Positions 19,153 to 31,832 of a stretch of DNA of 32,000 nt are shown piece by piece. Positions within the stretch are counted from its first letter, which is position 1, and each line of letters begins with the position of its first letter. The notes under the pieces are model-generated. The model was not told where the DNA came from and made no database searches. It was given only the letters and a program-made list of their open reading frames with translations. Origin of the DNA: Methylonatrum kenyense. Its GTDB lineage: Bacteria > Pseudomonadota > Gammaproteobacteria > Nitrococcales > Aquisalimonadaceae. The translations under genes were made by a program, and so were the position numbers. Location: NCBI RefSeq assembly GCF_023195885.1, contig NZ_JALPKO010000010.1, positions 4,665-36,664 on the forward strand. The letters run 5' to 3'.

Positions 19153-20385
19153 ATGCGTACCCAGCTCCTGAAACTGCTATCGCCCATCGCCGCAGCTTTA
19201 GCCCTGACAGCATGTCTCAGTGGCGGTTCCAGCGGATCTTCGTCTCCGTCATCCGGCTGCGAAAGTTTCGAAAACGCCGACCGCATCACCGACGGTGGTG
19301 AGGCTGCCGGTGAGGCGTTCTCGGTGGAACTGCTTGCAGGCTGCCTCGAACACCCCTGGGCACTGGCCTTCCTGCCCGGTGGCGACGAGGCACTGGTTAC
19401 GGAGCGTCCAGGACGTCTGCAGCGCGTCTCCCTGAGCGGCGACGGTGTGATGACGGAAATCGCCGGCGTTCCCGAGGTCGCCGCTGGCGGCCAGGGTGGC
19501 TTATTGGACATTGCCCTGCACCCGGATTTCGCGAACCAGCCCTACGTGTATCTCACCTACGCTGTGTCGAACAGCGAGGGAGAGCTGACAACCGAACTCG
19601 GTCGAGGGCGACTGGAACCCGGCTCCGACGAACTGACCGACTTTGAGGTGCTATTTACCGCAACACCGTTCACCGATGTCCGGGACGGGCATTTCGGTTC
19701 CCGCATCGTCATTGACGGCAACGACAGGCTTTTCATGACAGTCGGTGACCGGCGAGACCCGGACAGCGCGCAGGACCTCAATGGCCATCACGGCAAGGTT
19801 CTCCGCCTGAACCTGGATGGATCGATACCGGCCGACAACCCGTTCACGGACAATGACGGCGAGACAATGGCCATCTGGTCCTATGGTCACCGCAACACCC
19901 AGGGCATGGCCATCAATCCGGCCACCACGGAGATTTGGATAGCCGATCACGGGCCCCGCGCCGGCGATGAAGTGAACATCCTGCCGGTCGCGCCGACCAC
20001 CGACAGCAACTACGGTTGGCCGGAAGTGAGCTACGGGCGCACCTACGGTAGTGATGAACCCTTCGCCCCAGATCCGTCACCGGGCGATGGTTTCATCGAA
20101 CCGATCTACTTCTGGGACGAGGAATCATTCGCCCCGTCCGGCATGAGCTTCTATGAAGGCGATGCATTCCCGGCCTGGCAGGACAGCGTGTTTATCGGCT
20201 CGCTCGTGCAGGAAAACCTGACCCGACTGGAGCTTTCCGGCGACACGATCATCGACGAACAGGCACTGCTTGAGGAAGAAGGTTGGCGAGTCCGCGACGT
20301 CCGCGAAGGCCCCGATGGCTTCCTTTATCTGCTGGTAGACGAAGCCGACGCGCCCTTGGTACGCCTGACCCCAGCCGTCGAATAG
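19153..20385 (+). CDS. PQQ-dependent soluble sugar dehydrogenase (YliI/sorbosone dehydrogenase family) lipoprotein
   Basis: MRTQLLKLLSPIAAALALTAC is a lipobox signal. Further motifs: HPWALAFLPGG, GGQGGLLDIALHPDF, HFGSRIV, HHGKVLRLNLDGSIPADNPF, YGHRNTQG and NYGWPEVSYG. The start is set at ATG 19153, because upstream ORF sequence is REP. Confidence 0.85.
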   Translation: MRTQLLKLLSPIAAALALTACLSGGSSGSSSPSSGCESFENADRITDGGEAAGEAFSVELLAGCLEHPWALAFLPGGDEALVTERPGRLQRVSLSGDGVMTEIAGVPEVAAGGQGGLLDIALHPDFANQPYVYLTYAVSNSEGELTTELGRGRLEPGSDELTDFEVLFTATPFTDVRDGHFGSRIVIDGNDRLFMTVGDRRDPDSAQDLNGHHGKVLRLNLDGSIPADNPFTDNDGETMAIWSYGHRNTQGMAINPATTEIWIADHGPRAGDEVNILPVAPTTDSNYGWPEVSYGRTYGSDEPFAPDPSPGDGFIEPIYFWDEESFAPSGMSFYEGDAFPAWQDSVFIGSLVQENLTRLELSGDTIIDEQALLEEEGWRVRDVREGPDGFLYLLVDEADAPLVRLTPAVE

Positions 20386-20405
20386 CCCCGTAGCCTCGTC
20401 ATCTC

Positions 20406-20499
20406 GTAGGGTGGATTAAGCGAAGCGAATCCACGCGGTGTACTCCGCTATCGAAATGGTCCAACGCCCGTGTCACGGCGGATCCACGCGGCGTCATCC
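20406..20499 (+). repeat. Composite REP unit (GGATT subtype)
   Basis: GTAGGGTGGATTAAGCGAAGCGAATCCACGCGGTGTACTCCGC...GGATCCACGCGGCGTCATCC. This is the last REP before the AT-rich leader of the phosphonate cluster. Confidence 0.85.
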
Positions 20500-20640
20500 G
20501 TCTCGGAAAAGCAACCCTGAACAGAGACATTTCGACTGACCACCTATTGCGGATGCTATTCCCCAACAATAGCGCCCAAAATATCGTGTTTTTATTTCAA
20601 TTTAATGAACCAACAACCTGCAAAGTGAGACCTCAATAAC

Positions 20641-21957
20641 GTGACTGACCAAGGAAAAACCGTTTACGTCGGCATGAGCGCCGACCTCGTCCACCCCGGC
20701 CACCTGAACATTTTGTCCGAGGCTCGCAAGCTCGGCCGCGTGGTGGTTGGCCTGCTGACCGATAGGGCCATTGCCAGCTACAAGCGCCTGCCACACATGA
20801 CCTTCGAGCAGCGCAAACAGGTGGTTGAAAACCTCAAGGGTGTCGATGAAGTCATTGCCCAGGACACGCTGGATTACGTCCCGAACCTCCGGCAAGTCAA
20901 ACCCGATTACGTGGTGCACGGTGATGACTGGCGTCAGGGTGTGCAAAAGCAGACCCGGCAGCGGGTGATCGATGCCCTTGCCGAATGGGGTGGCGAACTG
21001 GTTGAGGTGGCGTACACGCCCGACATCTCTTCCACGCAATTGAACACCAGCGTGAAGTCCTACGGCGTCACGCCTGGCCAGCGCTTGAGCCTGCTTCGCC
21101 GCATCATCGACGCCAAGCCTCTGGTGCGTTTCATGGAAGCTCACAATGGCCTCACCGGGCTTATTGTCGAGAACATCCATGAGGACAAGGACGGCCAGCG
21201 TCTGCAATTCGATGGCATGTGGCTCTCCAGCCTTACCGACTCCACCGCCAAGGGAAAACCGGATATCGAGGCGGTGGACGTTACCTCCCGCATGCAGACG
21301 CTGAACGACATCGTCGAGGTGACCACCAAGCCGATCATCTATGACGCCGATACTGGAGGGCGGCCCGAACACTTTGCCTTTACGGTGCGCACGCTGGAAC
21401 GCTTTGGCGTGTCGGCCGCCATCATTGAGGACAAGGTGGGCGCGAAAAAGAACTCGCTGTTCGGCACCGAAGTGGCTCAGACCCAGGCCACCATCGAAGA
21501 GTTCTGCGAGAAGATCGAGGTGGGCAAGCGGGCAAAGGTCACCAGCGACTTCATGATCATTGCCCGCATCGAGAGCCTGATCCTGGACAAGGGTCTCGAT
21601 GATGCCGTGGAGCGTGCCAGAGCCTACATCGCCGCCGGTGCCGACGGCATCATGATCCACAGCAGGCAGAAGACCGTCGATGAAATCGCCGCGTTCTGCG
21701 CCGAGTTCAGCAAGTTCGACACCAAAGTGCCATTGATCGCCGTGCCCTCCAGCTACAACCACGTTTATGACCATGAGTTGGAAAAGATGGGCGTGGATGT
21801 CGTGATCTACGCCAACCAGCTTTTGCGCAGCGCCTACCCAGCCATGCTGGAGACCGCCCGCTCCATCCTCACCAACGGCCGATCCCAGGAAGCCGATGAC
21901 CGGTTGCTGTCGATCAAGGACGTGCTGACCCTCATTCCGGAGGGGGACTGGCTGTGA
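20641..21957 (+). CDS. Bifunctional cytidylyltransferase-domain / phosphoenolpyruvate phosphomutase fusion (Fom1-like architecture)
   Basis: The N-terminal ~130 aa carry [20 protein letters not shown] (HxGH) and [10 protein letters not shown] (RTxGISTS-like), as in TagD-type cytidylyltransferases. The C-terminal ~300 aa carry the PEP mutase signature [21 protein letters not shown] start at 20641 is assumed. Confidence 0.85.
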   Translation: MTDQGKTVYVGMSADLVHPGHLNILSEARKLGRVVVGLLTDRAIASYKRLPHMTFEQRKQVVENLKGVDEVIAQDTLDYVPNLRQVKPDYVVHGDDWRQGVQKQTRQRVIDALAEWGGELVEVAYTPDISSTQLNTSVKSYGVTPGQRLSLLRRIIDAKPLVRFMEAHNGLTGLIVENIHEDKDGQRLQFDGMWLSSLTDSTAKGKPDIEAVDVTSRMQTLNDIVEVTTKPIIYDADTGGRPEHFAFTVRTLERFGVSAAIIEDKVGAKKNSLFGTEVAQTQATIEEFCEKIEVGKRAKVTSDFMIIARIESLILDKGLDDAVERARAYIAAGADGIMIHSRQKTVDEIAAFCAEFSKFDTKVPLIAVPSSYNHVYDHELEKMGVDVVIYANQLLRSAYPAMLETARSILTNGRSQEADDRLLSIKDVLTLIPEGDWL

Positions 21958-23099
21958 TTTCACCCAAGGCATTCTATGAAGCATTGGCCGAGAGTGGCGT
22001 CAACTTCGCGGTCGGCGTGCCGGATTCCCTGCTCAAGGAATTCTGCGCCTTCGCCGACGCTGCACTGCCCGCAGATCGACACCTGATCGCCGCCAACGAA
22101 GGTACCGCGGTCGGCATCGCAGCCGGCGTGCACTTGGCCACGGACGGTATCCCGCTGGTCTACTTGCAGAACTCGGGTCTGGGCAACACGGTGAACCCGC
22201 TGTTGTCGCTGGCGGACAAGGAGGTCTACGGCATTCCGCTGGTGCTGCTGATCGGTTGGCGCGGCGAACCCGGCGTCAAGGACGAACCCCAGCACGTCAA
22301 GCAGGGGCGCGTTTCCCCGGCCATGTTGGAGTCAATGGAAATTCCGTTCGAAGTGCTGGACGGCAATGCCCAGGAAGCCGACCGCATCGCCCGCGCCGCC
22401 GTTGAGAAGGCCCGAGAGCGCAGCGCTCCGGTTGCAATCCTTGTACGCAAGGGCGCGTTCGGCAAGGCGGAAGAACTCCGCCAGCCGACGCCGCGCGGTG
22501 ATGACCTGTTGGAGCGGGAACAGGCCATTGAAGTAGTGACCGGCACCCTGCCACCCGCAGCCACCGTCGTTTCCACCACCGGCCACATTTCGCGGGAACT
22601 CTATGAGCAGCGCGAACGGGCCAGCCAGGACCGCGCAAGTGATTTCCTTACGGTCGGCTGCATGGGGCACTCATCGCAGATTGCCTTGGGCATCGCGCTG
22701 ACCAAGCGCGATTCACCGGTAGTGTGTCTCGACGGCGATGGCGCGGCGCTGATGCACATGGGCGGCCTCGCCACCGTCGGCACCAGCGACGCGGAGAACT
22801 TCGTGCACGTGGTCCTGAACAATGGCGTGCACGGCTCGGTGGGGGGCCAGCCCACGGTCGGTTTTGACATCAGCCTCACCGATGTGGCCCGTGCCTGCGG
22901 CTACAAGACCGTTCTGGGCCCAGTCACCAGCGAAGCCGATATTCGCAACGCCGTTACCGAACTCCTCCAGGCCAAGGGCCCCACGTTCCTGGAAGTCCAC
23001 GTCAAACCCGGCGCCCGCGCCGACCTCGGCCGCCCAAAAGAAACCCCGGCCGAAAACAAGCGCCTTTTCACCGAACGCCTCAGGAGCATCTCTTCGTAG
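21954..23099 (+). CDS. Phosphonopyruvate decarboxylase (ThDP-dependent)
   Basis: A 381-aa product. [30 protein letters not shown] is a typical Ppd/AepY/Fom2 N-terminus, and the ThDP motif [11 protein letters not shown]...[13 protein letters not shown] is present. A 4-nt ATGA-type overlap with the mutase gene. Confidence 0.88.
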   Translation: MISPKAFYEALAESGVNFAVGVPDSLLKEFCAFADAALPADRHLIAANEGTAVGIAAGVHLATDGIPLVYLQNSGLGNTVNPLLSLADKEVYGIPLVLLIGWRGEPGVKDEPQHVKQGRVSPAMLESMEIPFEVLDGNAQEADRIARAAVEKARERSAPVAILVRKGAFGKAEELRQPTPRGDDLLEREQAIEVVTGTLPPAATVVSTTGHISRELYEQRERASQDRASDFLTVGCMGHSSQIALGIALTKRDSPVVCLDGDGAALMHMGGLATVGTSDAENFVHVVLNNGVHGSVGGQPTVGFDISLTDVARACGYKTVLGPVTSEADIRNAVTELLQAKGPTFLEVHVKPGARADLGRPKETPAENKRLFTERLRSISS

Positions 23100-23165
23100 G
23101 GTGCATAAGCAACGCGAATGCACGCGGTGTACTCCGCCAAAATGGAACCATCCAACCCACGGATA
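23096..23165 (+). repeat. Composite REP unit (truncated) between ppd and the ADH gene
   Basis: GTAGGGTGCATAAGCAACGCGAATGCACGCGGTGTACTCCGCC.... The ppd stop codon TAG (23097..23099) lies inside the REP 5' end. Confidence 0.8.
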
Positions 23166-23175
23166 ACCATCCAAA

Positions 23176-24367
23176 ATGCCCGAACTAGATGACATCAAAC
23201 CACCATATTCCCCGGCAAAATCCTGGTCCTTCCACAACCCGGTGCGCATCCACTTCGGCCGCGACGTACGCGCCAAACTGCCCGAGGAAATCGGTAGCCG
23301 CCGTTGTTTGATCGTCTCAACCCAACGCGGCCGAAAGCAATTCACCGAGGATCCACACCTGGGAGCAATTGCCGCCGCCACCGGCCACAACTGGCTGGAC
23401 ACTGTTACCGAAAACCCAGGCCTGCATTACCTGCAAGGGGAAATCGACCGTCTGGCGGGCAAGCCCTTCGACGCCATCATCGCCTTCGGGGGCGGCAGCG
23501 CCATGGACGCAGCCAAGGTACTGGCCATCGCCTTGTCCGACGCCGGTACGGGGAAAACCCTGGCAGACCTGCTTGCCAACCCGGATCTGCACAAGGATGC
23601 CCAGCCAAAGCCTGTGTACGCGATCCCCACCACGTCAGGTACCGGCAGCGAGGTAACACCCTTTGCCACGGTGTGGGACCACGAAACCAAGAAAAAACAC
23701 TCCCTGGCGGGGCCTGCAATGTTCCCCCATGCGGCCTATGTGGACCCGGCGCTGACCGACACTGTGCCACCTGAAGTGACACTTTCCACAGGCCTGGACG
23801 CAATCAATCAGGCCGCAGAGTCCATCTGGAACAAGAACGCGATCCCGATAACCCTGGATTTCGCCACCCGGGCGCTCCAACTGGGATTCGCTGCACTTCC
23901 CAAGCTGTTTGAGGGAACCGGCGGACAGGGAGAGCGGGACCAGATGAGCGAGGCTAGCCTGTTAGCCGGGTTGGCGATCAGCCATACCCGGACTGCCTTG
24001 TGCCACTCGATCTCGTATCCGCTCACCGCGCATTTTGGAGTGCCTCATGGGTTGGCGTGTGCGTTTACCATGCCTGCAGTTTTAGAGCTAAATGCGAACT
24101 TTGATGACGGGCGATTGGAAAGGTTGGCGCAACAGTTATTGGCGAACAATGCAGAGCTGACTTTGTTAACAACGGAATTTCGCCGACTTAATGAGAAGGT
24201 TGCTGTCTCCAGTATTATCAAAGATTACTGCGGGACGATCGAAAATATAAAGAATCTTTGTGCGGAAATGTATACTCGAGGACGGTCTGATCAAAATATG
24301 ACCAACGTTGATCAGAGTGTGCTTTTGTCGTTAATCGAGAGCGCTTGGTTCTCAAGGACACTTTCCC

Positions 24368-24378
<11 letters not shown>
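23176..24378 (+). CDS. Group III iron-containing alcohol dehydrogenase, probable phosphonoacetaldehyde reductase (PhpC/FomC-like)
   Basis: GGGSAMDAAK and the His-rich CHSISYPLTAHFGVPHGLA motifs of Fe-ADHs. It is positioned directly after the mutase and decarboxylase. Confidence 0.75.
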
Positions 24379-28067
<3,689 letters not shown>

Positions 28068-28084
28068 GTCAGGAGTTCGATCTC

Positions 28085-29374
28085 TTGAGTCTTCGGAAAA
28101 CTCGAGTTGCTATCGTCATTCCGGCGAGATACGGCTCGTCCCGGTTGCCAGGAAAACCTCTGGCGGATCTCAATGGTAAGCCGATGATCCAGCACGTCTA
28201 CGAACGGGCGTGCGAGGTGCCATCCTCTGATCGTGTTCTGGTAGCAACGGACGATGCCCGTGTTGCAGAGGCGGTGGAAGGCTTCGGCGGCCAATGTGTC
28301 ATGACGTCGATCCAGCATCCTTCGGGGACGGATCGACTGGTTGAAGTCATGGACCATGTGGAAGCGGATGTCTACGTGAACCTGCAGGGTGACGAACCGC
28401 TGGTAAGGCCGTCGGATGTCGAAATGCTGTGCAAGGGAATGATTGCGGGTGACGGTATCGAAGTCGGCACCTTGTGCCATCCGATCGGTCATGACGAGGC
28501 CGAGAATCCGAGCACGGTAAAGGTTGTGCTGGGTGAAGGAGGCGATGCGCTGTACTTCAGCCGTTCGCCCATCCCGTATCCGAGAGACGGTGAAGGACAC
28601 ACAGAATACCGGAAGCATGTAGGAGTCTACGCGTACAGCCGGTCTGTCCTCATGAAATACTCGACGCTTCCTGTGCCTGAGATCGAGCGCTTGGAAAAGC
28701 TGGAGCAGTTGCGACTGTTACACGCCGGTATACGGATTCGGGCCTTTCAGGTGGAGCCCACTGCTCCTGGGGTGGATACCCCCGAATGCCTGGAGCGCGT
28801 ACGGGCGCTGATGCTTGGGTCCGTTCTGCCGCAACCAGCGAGACTTGAGGATGTAAAGCTGGTTATCACGGATGTGGATGGCGTCCTGACAGACGGTGGC
28901 CTCTATTACAACGACCAAGGGGAATGCCAGAAGCGCTTCAATGTGCGTGATGGTCTGGGAATACGGTTGCTGGAAGAATGCGGGATAAAAGTCGCGGTAG
29001 TCTCTGGTCGGGACTCCCCTGCATTGCAACGAAGAGTCAGTGACCTTGGCATTAGCCTATGCCGATTCGGTATCAAGGATAAGGCTTCCGTGGCCCGTGA
29101 GCTCATGGTGTCATCGGGCGCAGGTCCCGAGGAAACGGTGTGTGTCGGAGATGATGTTATTGATATTCCCCTGTTCTCCGAATGTGGCCGGTCTTATGCG
29201 GTCGCTGATGCGCCGGCATACGTTCGATCTTTTGCAACAGACGTGCTTACCCTGCCGGGCGGACAGGGAGCATTTCGGGAACTTGCCGACGCAATCCTGA
29301 TTGCTCGGGGGCGAGGCGATGTCCTCTGCTCCGTTGCAGGTTTCTCATCCGTAATGAGTGGAGTCGCACAGTGA
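28085..29374 (+). CDS. Fused CMP-Kdo synthetase (KdsB) and Kdo8P phosphatase (KdsC)
   Basis: N-terminus: VAIVIPARYGSSRLPGKPLADLNGKPMIQHVYERA, as in KdsB. C-terminus from about aa 255: LVITDVDGVLTDGGLYY...GDDVIDIP, the HAD KdsC motifs. A TTG start at 28085 with AGGAG 9 nt upstream is assumed. Confidence 0.85.
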   Translation: MSLRKTRVAIVIPARYGSSRLPGKPLADLNGKPMIQHVYERACEVPSSDRVLVATDDARVAEAVEGFGGQCVMTSIQHPSGTDRLVEVMDHVEADVYVNLQGDEPLVRPSDVEMLCKGMIAGDGIEVGTLCHPIGHDEAENPSTVKVVLGEGGDALYFSRSPIPYPRDGEGHTEYRKHVGVYAYSRSVLMKYSTLPVPEIERLEKLEQLRLLHAGIRIRAFQVEPTAPGVDTPECLERVRALMLGSVLPQPARLEDVKLVITDVDGVLTDGGLYYNDQGECQKRFNVRDGLGIRLLEECGIKVAVVSGRDSPALQRRVSDLGISLCRFGIKDKASVARELMVSSGAGPEETVCVGDDVIDIPLFSECGRSYAVADAPAYVRSFATDVLTLPGGQGAFRELADAILIARGRGDVLCSVAGFSSVMSGVAQ

Positions 29375-30345
29375 AATCCGTACCCAAGGAAAACGAAGTG
29401 TCCGCCATCGAGACAGCCAAGGAGGTCTTTGCAGAACAGGCAACCGCTTTGCGCACTACCGGAGAAGCTGTCGGCGTTGAGTTCGAGCAAGCGGTTTCGA
29501 TGATTCTCAATGGAAAAGGGCGTGTGATTGTCTCTGGGATGGGCAAGTCCGGTATAATTGGTCAGAAAATAGCTGCAACGTTAGCGTCTACCGGAACACC
29601 CAGTTTTTCTGTTCATCCCGCCGAGGCATATCACGGTGACCTTGGGATGATAACCAACCAAGACCTCGCAATCCTTATTTCCTACAGCGGGGAAACTGAA
29701 GAGGTCATCCGTTTAATTCCTTCGTTGCGTCACTTTGGGACATCGATTATTGCGCTAGTTGGCAATAAGGAATCGACTCTGGCAAAAAATGCAGATGTTG
29801 TTTTGGATGTGTCGGTCCAACGAGAGGTCTGTCCAAACAATCTGGCCCCGACGACGTCAACGACGGTAGCTCTGGCTATGGGAGACGCCCTCGCCGTCGC
29901 GCTGATTAACCGGCGAGATTTCAAGCCCGATGATTTCGCGGTTTTTCATCCCGGTGGAAGCCTTGGACGTAGATTGCTGACGACGGTTAACGACGTCATG
30001 CATCGTGATTTACCGACCAATAGCCCTCGAGACAGCATTCGGGATGTAATTGTGGAGATGACAAAAGGCGGGCTTGGAACGTCTGTCGTGGTGGAGAAAG
30101 GCAGGTTGCAAGGCATTATCACCGATGGAGACTTGCGTCGTTCTCTGTTTTCCCATGATGAAATTAATGACCTTTGCGCGAAGGATATTATGACACCTGA
30201 GCCAATGACCGTTTGTGGGAAGACTAAATTCGCCGAGGCAGAAATGATCATGCTCGATCAGAAAATAACCTCCCTTGTCGTCGTAGACGAAGAATACCGC
30301 CCTCAGGGAATTTTAAAACTGCATGATGCCGTATTAGTCGGTTGA
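29371..30345 (+). CDS. kpsF: Arabinose-5-phosphate isomerase (KdsD/KpsF; SIS plus tandem CBS)
   Basis: GKGRVIVSGMGKSGIIGQKIAATLASTGTPSFSVHPAEAYHGDLGMI is near-identical in pattern to E. coli KdsD/KpsF. There is a C-terminal CBS pair. The GTG start overlaps the upstream stop (GTGA). Confidence 0.9.
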   Translation: MKSVPKENEVSAIETAKEVFAEQATALRTTGEAVGVEFEQAVSMILNGKGRVIVSGMGKSGIIGQKIAATLASTGTPSFSVHPAEAYHGDLGMITNQDLAILISYSGETEEVIRLIPSLRHFGTSIIALVGNKESTLAKNADVVLDVSVQREVCPNNLAPTTSTTVALAMGDALAVALINRRDFKPDDFAVFHPGGSLGRRLLTTVNDVMHRDLPTNSPRDSIRDVIVEMTKGGLGTSVVVEKGRLQGIITDGDLRRSLFSHDEINDLCAKDIMTPEPMTVCGKTKFAEAEMIMLDQKITSLVVVDEEYRPQGILKLHDAVLVG

Positions 30346-30378
30346 AATCATAATAAACAATGATCCGCCGAAGAAGAG

Positions 30379-30790
30379 TTAACTATAATTGGTCTTCGCG
30401 GAGCGGTTTCGACAGCACACAACGGAGATTCTCACGTCTGTTGTTGAAGCGAAACTCTGTCTCTTTAAATTGAGATAGAAGGTTTTCGAGCGTATTCTGT
30501 CGCAGCCGGCGAGTCGCCGCGTGGTAGCGAAACTCCAGAACGAGTCGAGACCATTGATATAGTTATTGCCTCGAGTGAAATGATTGTCCGAGTAACGAAT
30601 ATGGGCATAGGAGGCGTAGTCTACATCAACCAAGATTTATTAACCGGGTCAGTGACCGGAGAGCATGACACTGTCGAGACTGACATCGCCGAGAATGGCG
30701 CGCTGGGGCTCGAAGTAGGATTCATCGACTTCGACATGGCTGCGCAGCGACGAGTCAGGCGCAGGTAGATCGCGTTGATCGATCACACCT
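30379..30790 (-). pseudogene. IS1595-family (ISXO2-like) transposase remnant, disrupted
   Basis: Minus-strand translation gives ...HVEVDESYFEPQRA..., then a stop, then ...YINGLDSFWSFATTRRLAGCDRIRSKTFYLNLK.... These match the EVDEsYfG and hiNgiEsFWs.aKrrl blocks of IS1595 transposases, but with stops and deletions. The remnant may extend to about 30900. Confidence 0.6.
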
Positions 30791-30980
30791 TAAGCTTGGT
30801 ATCCATCGAACCGCATTATTTGCTGTCAAGTTCACCGAGAAGCCACACAAGAGCGGCGAATTATCGCCTCTGATATTTTCGCATGTTCGTAGCAGCGATT
30901 CCACAGCGTGCTTAGGACATTGAGCTGCCTTTGGATTCTCTGCTTCTCAAGTTACAAGAGAAAATTATTAGGAGCCAACG

Positions 30981-31832
30981 ATGAAGAATCCTGATCTTTA
31001 TGTTTGTGGTTTCGGGTGGTCTGGCTCCGGTGCTTTAATTGATTTTCTTTTAGATAGTGGGGTATACAAAAAATTCCCCGGCGGTGAGGTCCAGTTTATA
31101 AAAATAAATGGAGGATTTCTAGATCTTTTTAAGGCCGCGAAAGAAAAAAAAGAATTTTCTGCAGATGATCTGGATATTTTTTTAAGGCATTTTACCGGAA
31201 ATCTTAATAAAGAAGTTAATTATTCATTGAAAGCAAACCAGAAAAGTGCGAAGCTATGGACAAAAGCGGGGCCTGCTTATTCGAGCTGGATTTTCGAATC
31301 ATTTAGTAGAATGGTTGGGGTCGATGGCAGGGGTGAAAATCCCTCATCGGTTGTCGAGTCGATTTATCATAAATTTATAGATATTTTCAGGTTCTCAGGC
31401 TCGTCTTTTGTTCTAGATCAGGCGATTAGGCCAACTAATTTAGATCCGTTAAATTTTGTTGGAGATGGGAAAGTAATTATTGTAGATAGGGATCCAAGGG
31501 ATAGCTATTATGAGCGGCGCGCTTTTCAAGGATCTAGATTTACTTTGACCCCGGAGCAGTACGCCGAGAATTATTTAAAAAGAAGAAGAAAAATGAAGAG
31601 GTCACTTGCGGGCAATCTAAGTGACCGCGTTAAGATCGTCGGGTTTGAAGAGTTTGTTCGCTCTCCTGACGTGCGTTTTGAGATTTGTCAATGGGTTGGT
31701 GTTCAACATCATTTCAAGCCGGAAAGATTTAACCCGGACGTGTCGAGAAATAATATTGGAATACATAAAGGCTCAGATGAGCCGTGGTTTTATGAACGCT
31801 TGACGGATATTTTAGATCTGAGTGGTCCGTAA
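30981..31832 (+). CDS. Sulfotransferase-like protein (tentative)
   Basis: A 283-aa product at about 38-40% GC. The N-terminal LYVCGFGWSGSGALIDFL resembles the 5'-PSB loop and VIIVDRDPRDSYYE resembles the 3'-PB RDPRD motif of PAPS-dependent sulfotransferases. AGGAG lies 7 nt upstream of the ATG. Confidence 0.45.
   Translation: MKNPDLYVCGFGWSGSGALIDFLLDSGVYKKFPGGEVQFIKINGGFLDLFKAAKEKKEFSADDLDIFLRHFTGNLNKEVNYSLKANQKSAKLWTKAGPAYSSWIFESFSRMVGVDGRGENPSSVVESIYHKFIDIFRFSGSSFVLDQAIRPTNLDPLNFVGDGKVIIVDRDPRDSYYERRAFQGSRFTLTPEQYAENYLKRRRKMKRSLAGNLSDRVKIVGFEEFVRSPDVRFEICQWVGVQHHFKPERFNPDVSRNNIGIHKGSDEPWFYERLTDILDLSGP

Noticed and set aside
20540-20640. A short inverted repeat CTATTG-N18-CAATAG and an AT-rich stretch upstream of the mutase gene, considered as a promoter or operator.
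   Set aside because: It is plausibly the cluster promoter region. However, the repeat is only 6 bp and I could not identify convincing -35/-10 hexamers, which is too weak to annotate.
30580-30768. The 62-aa plus-strand ORF in the kpsF-sulfotransferase gap.
   Set aside because: It lies antisense to the recognisable IS1595 transposase remnant and has no motifs or RBS.
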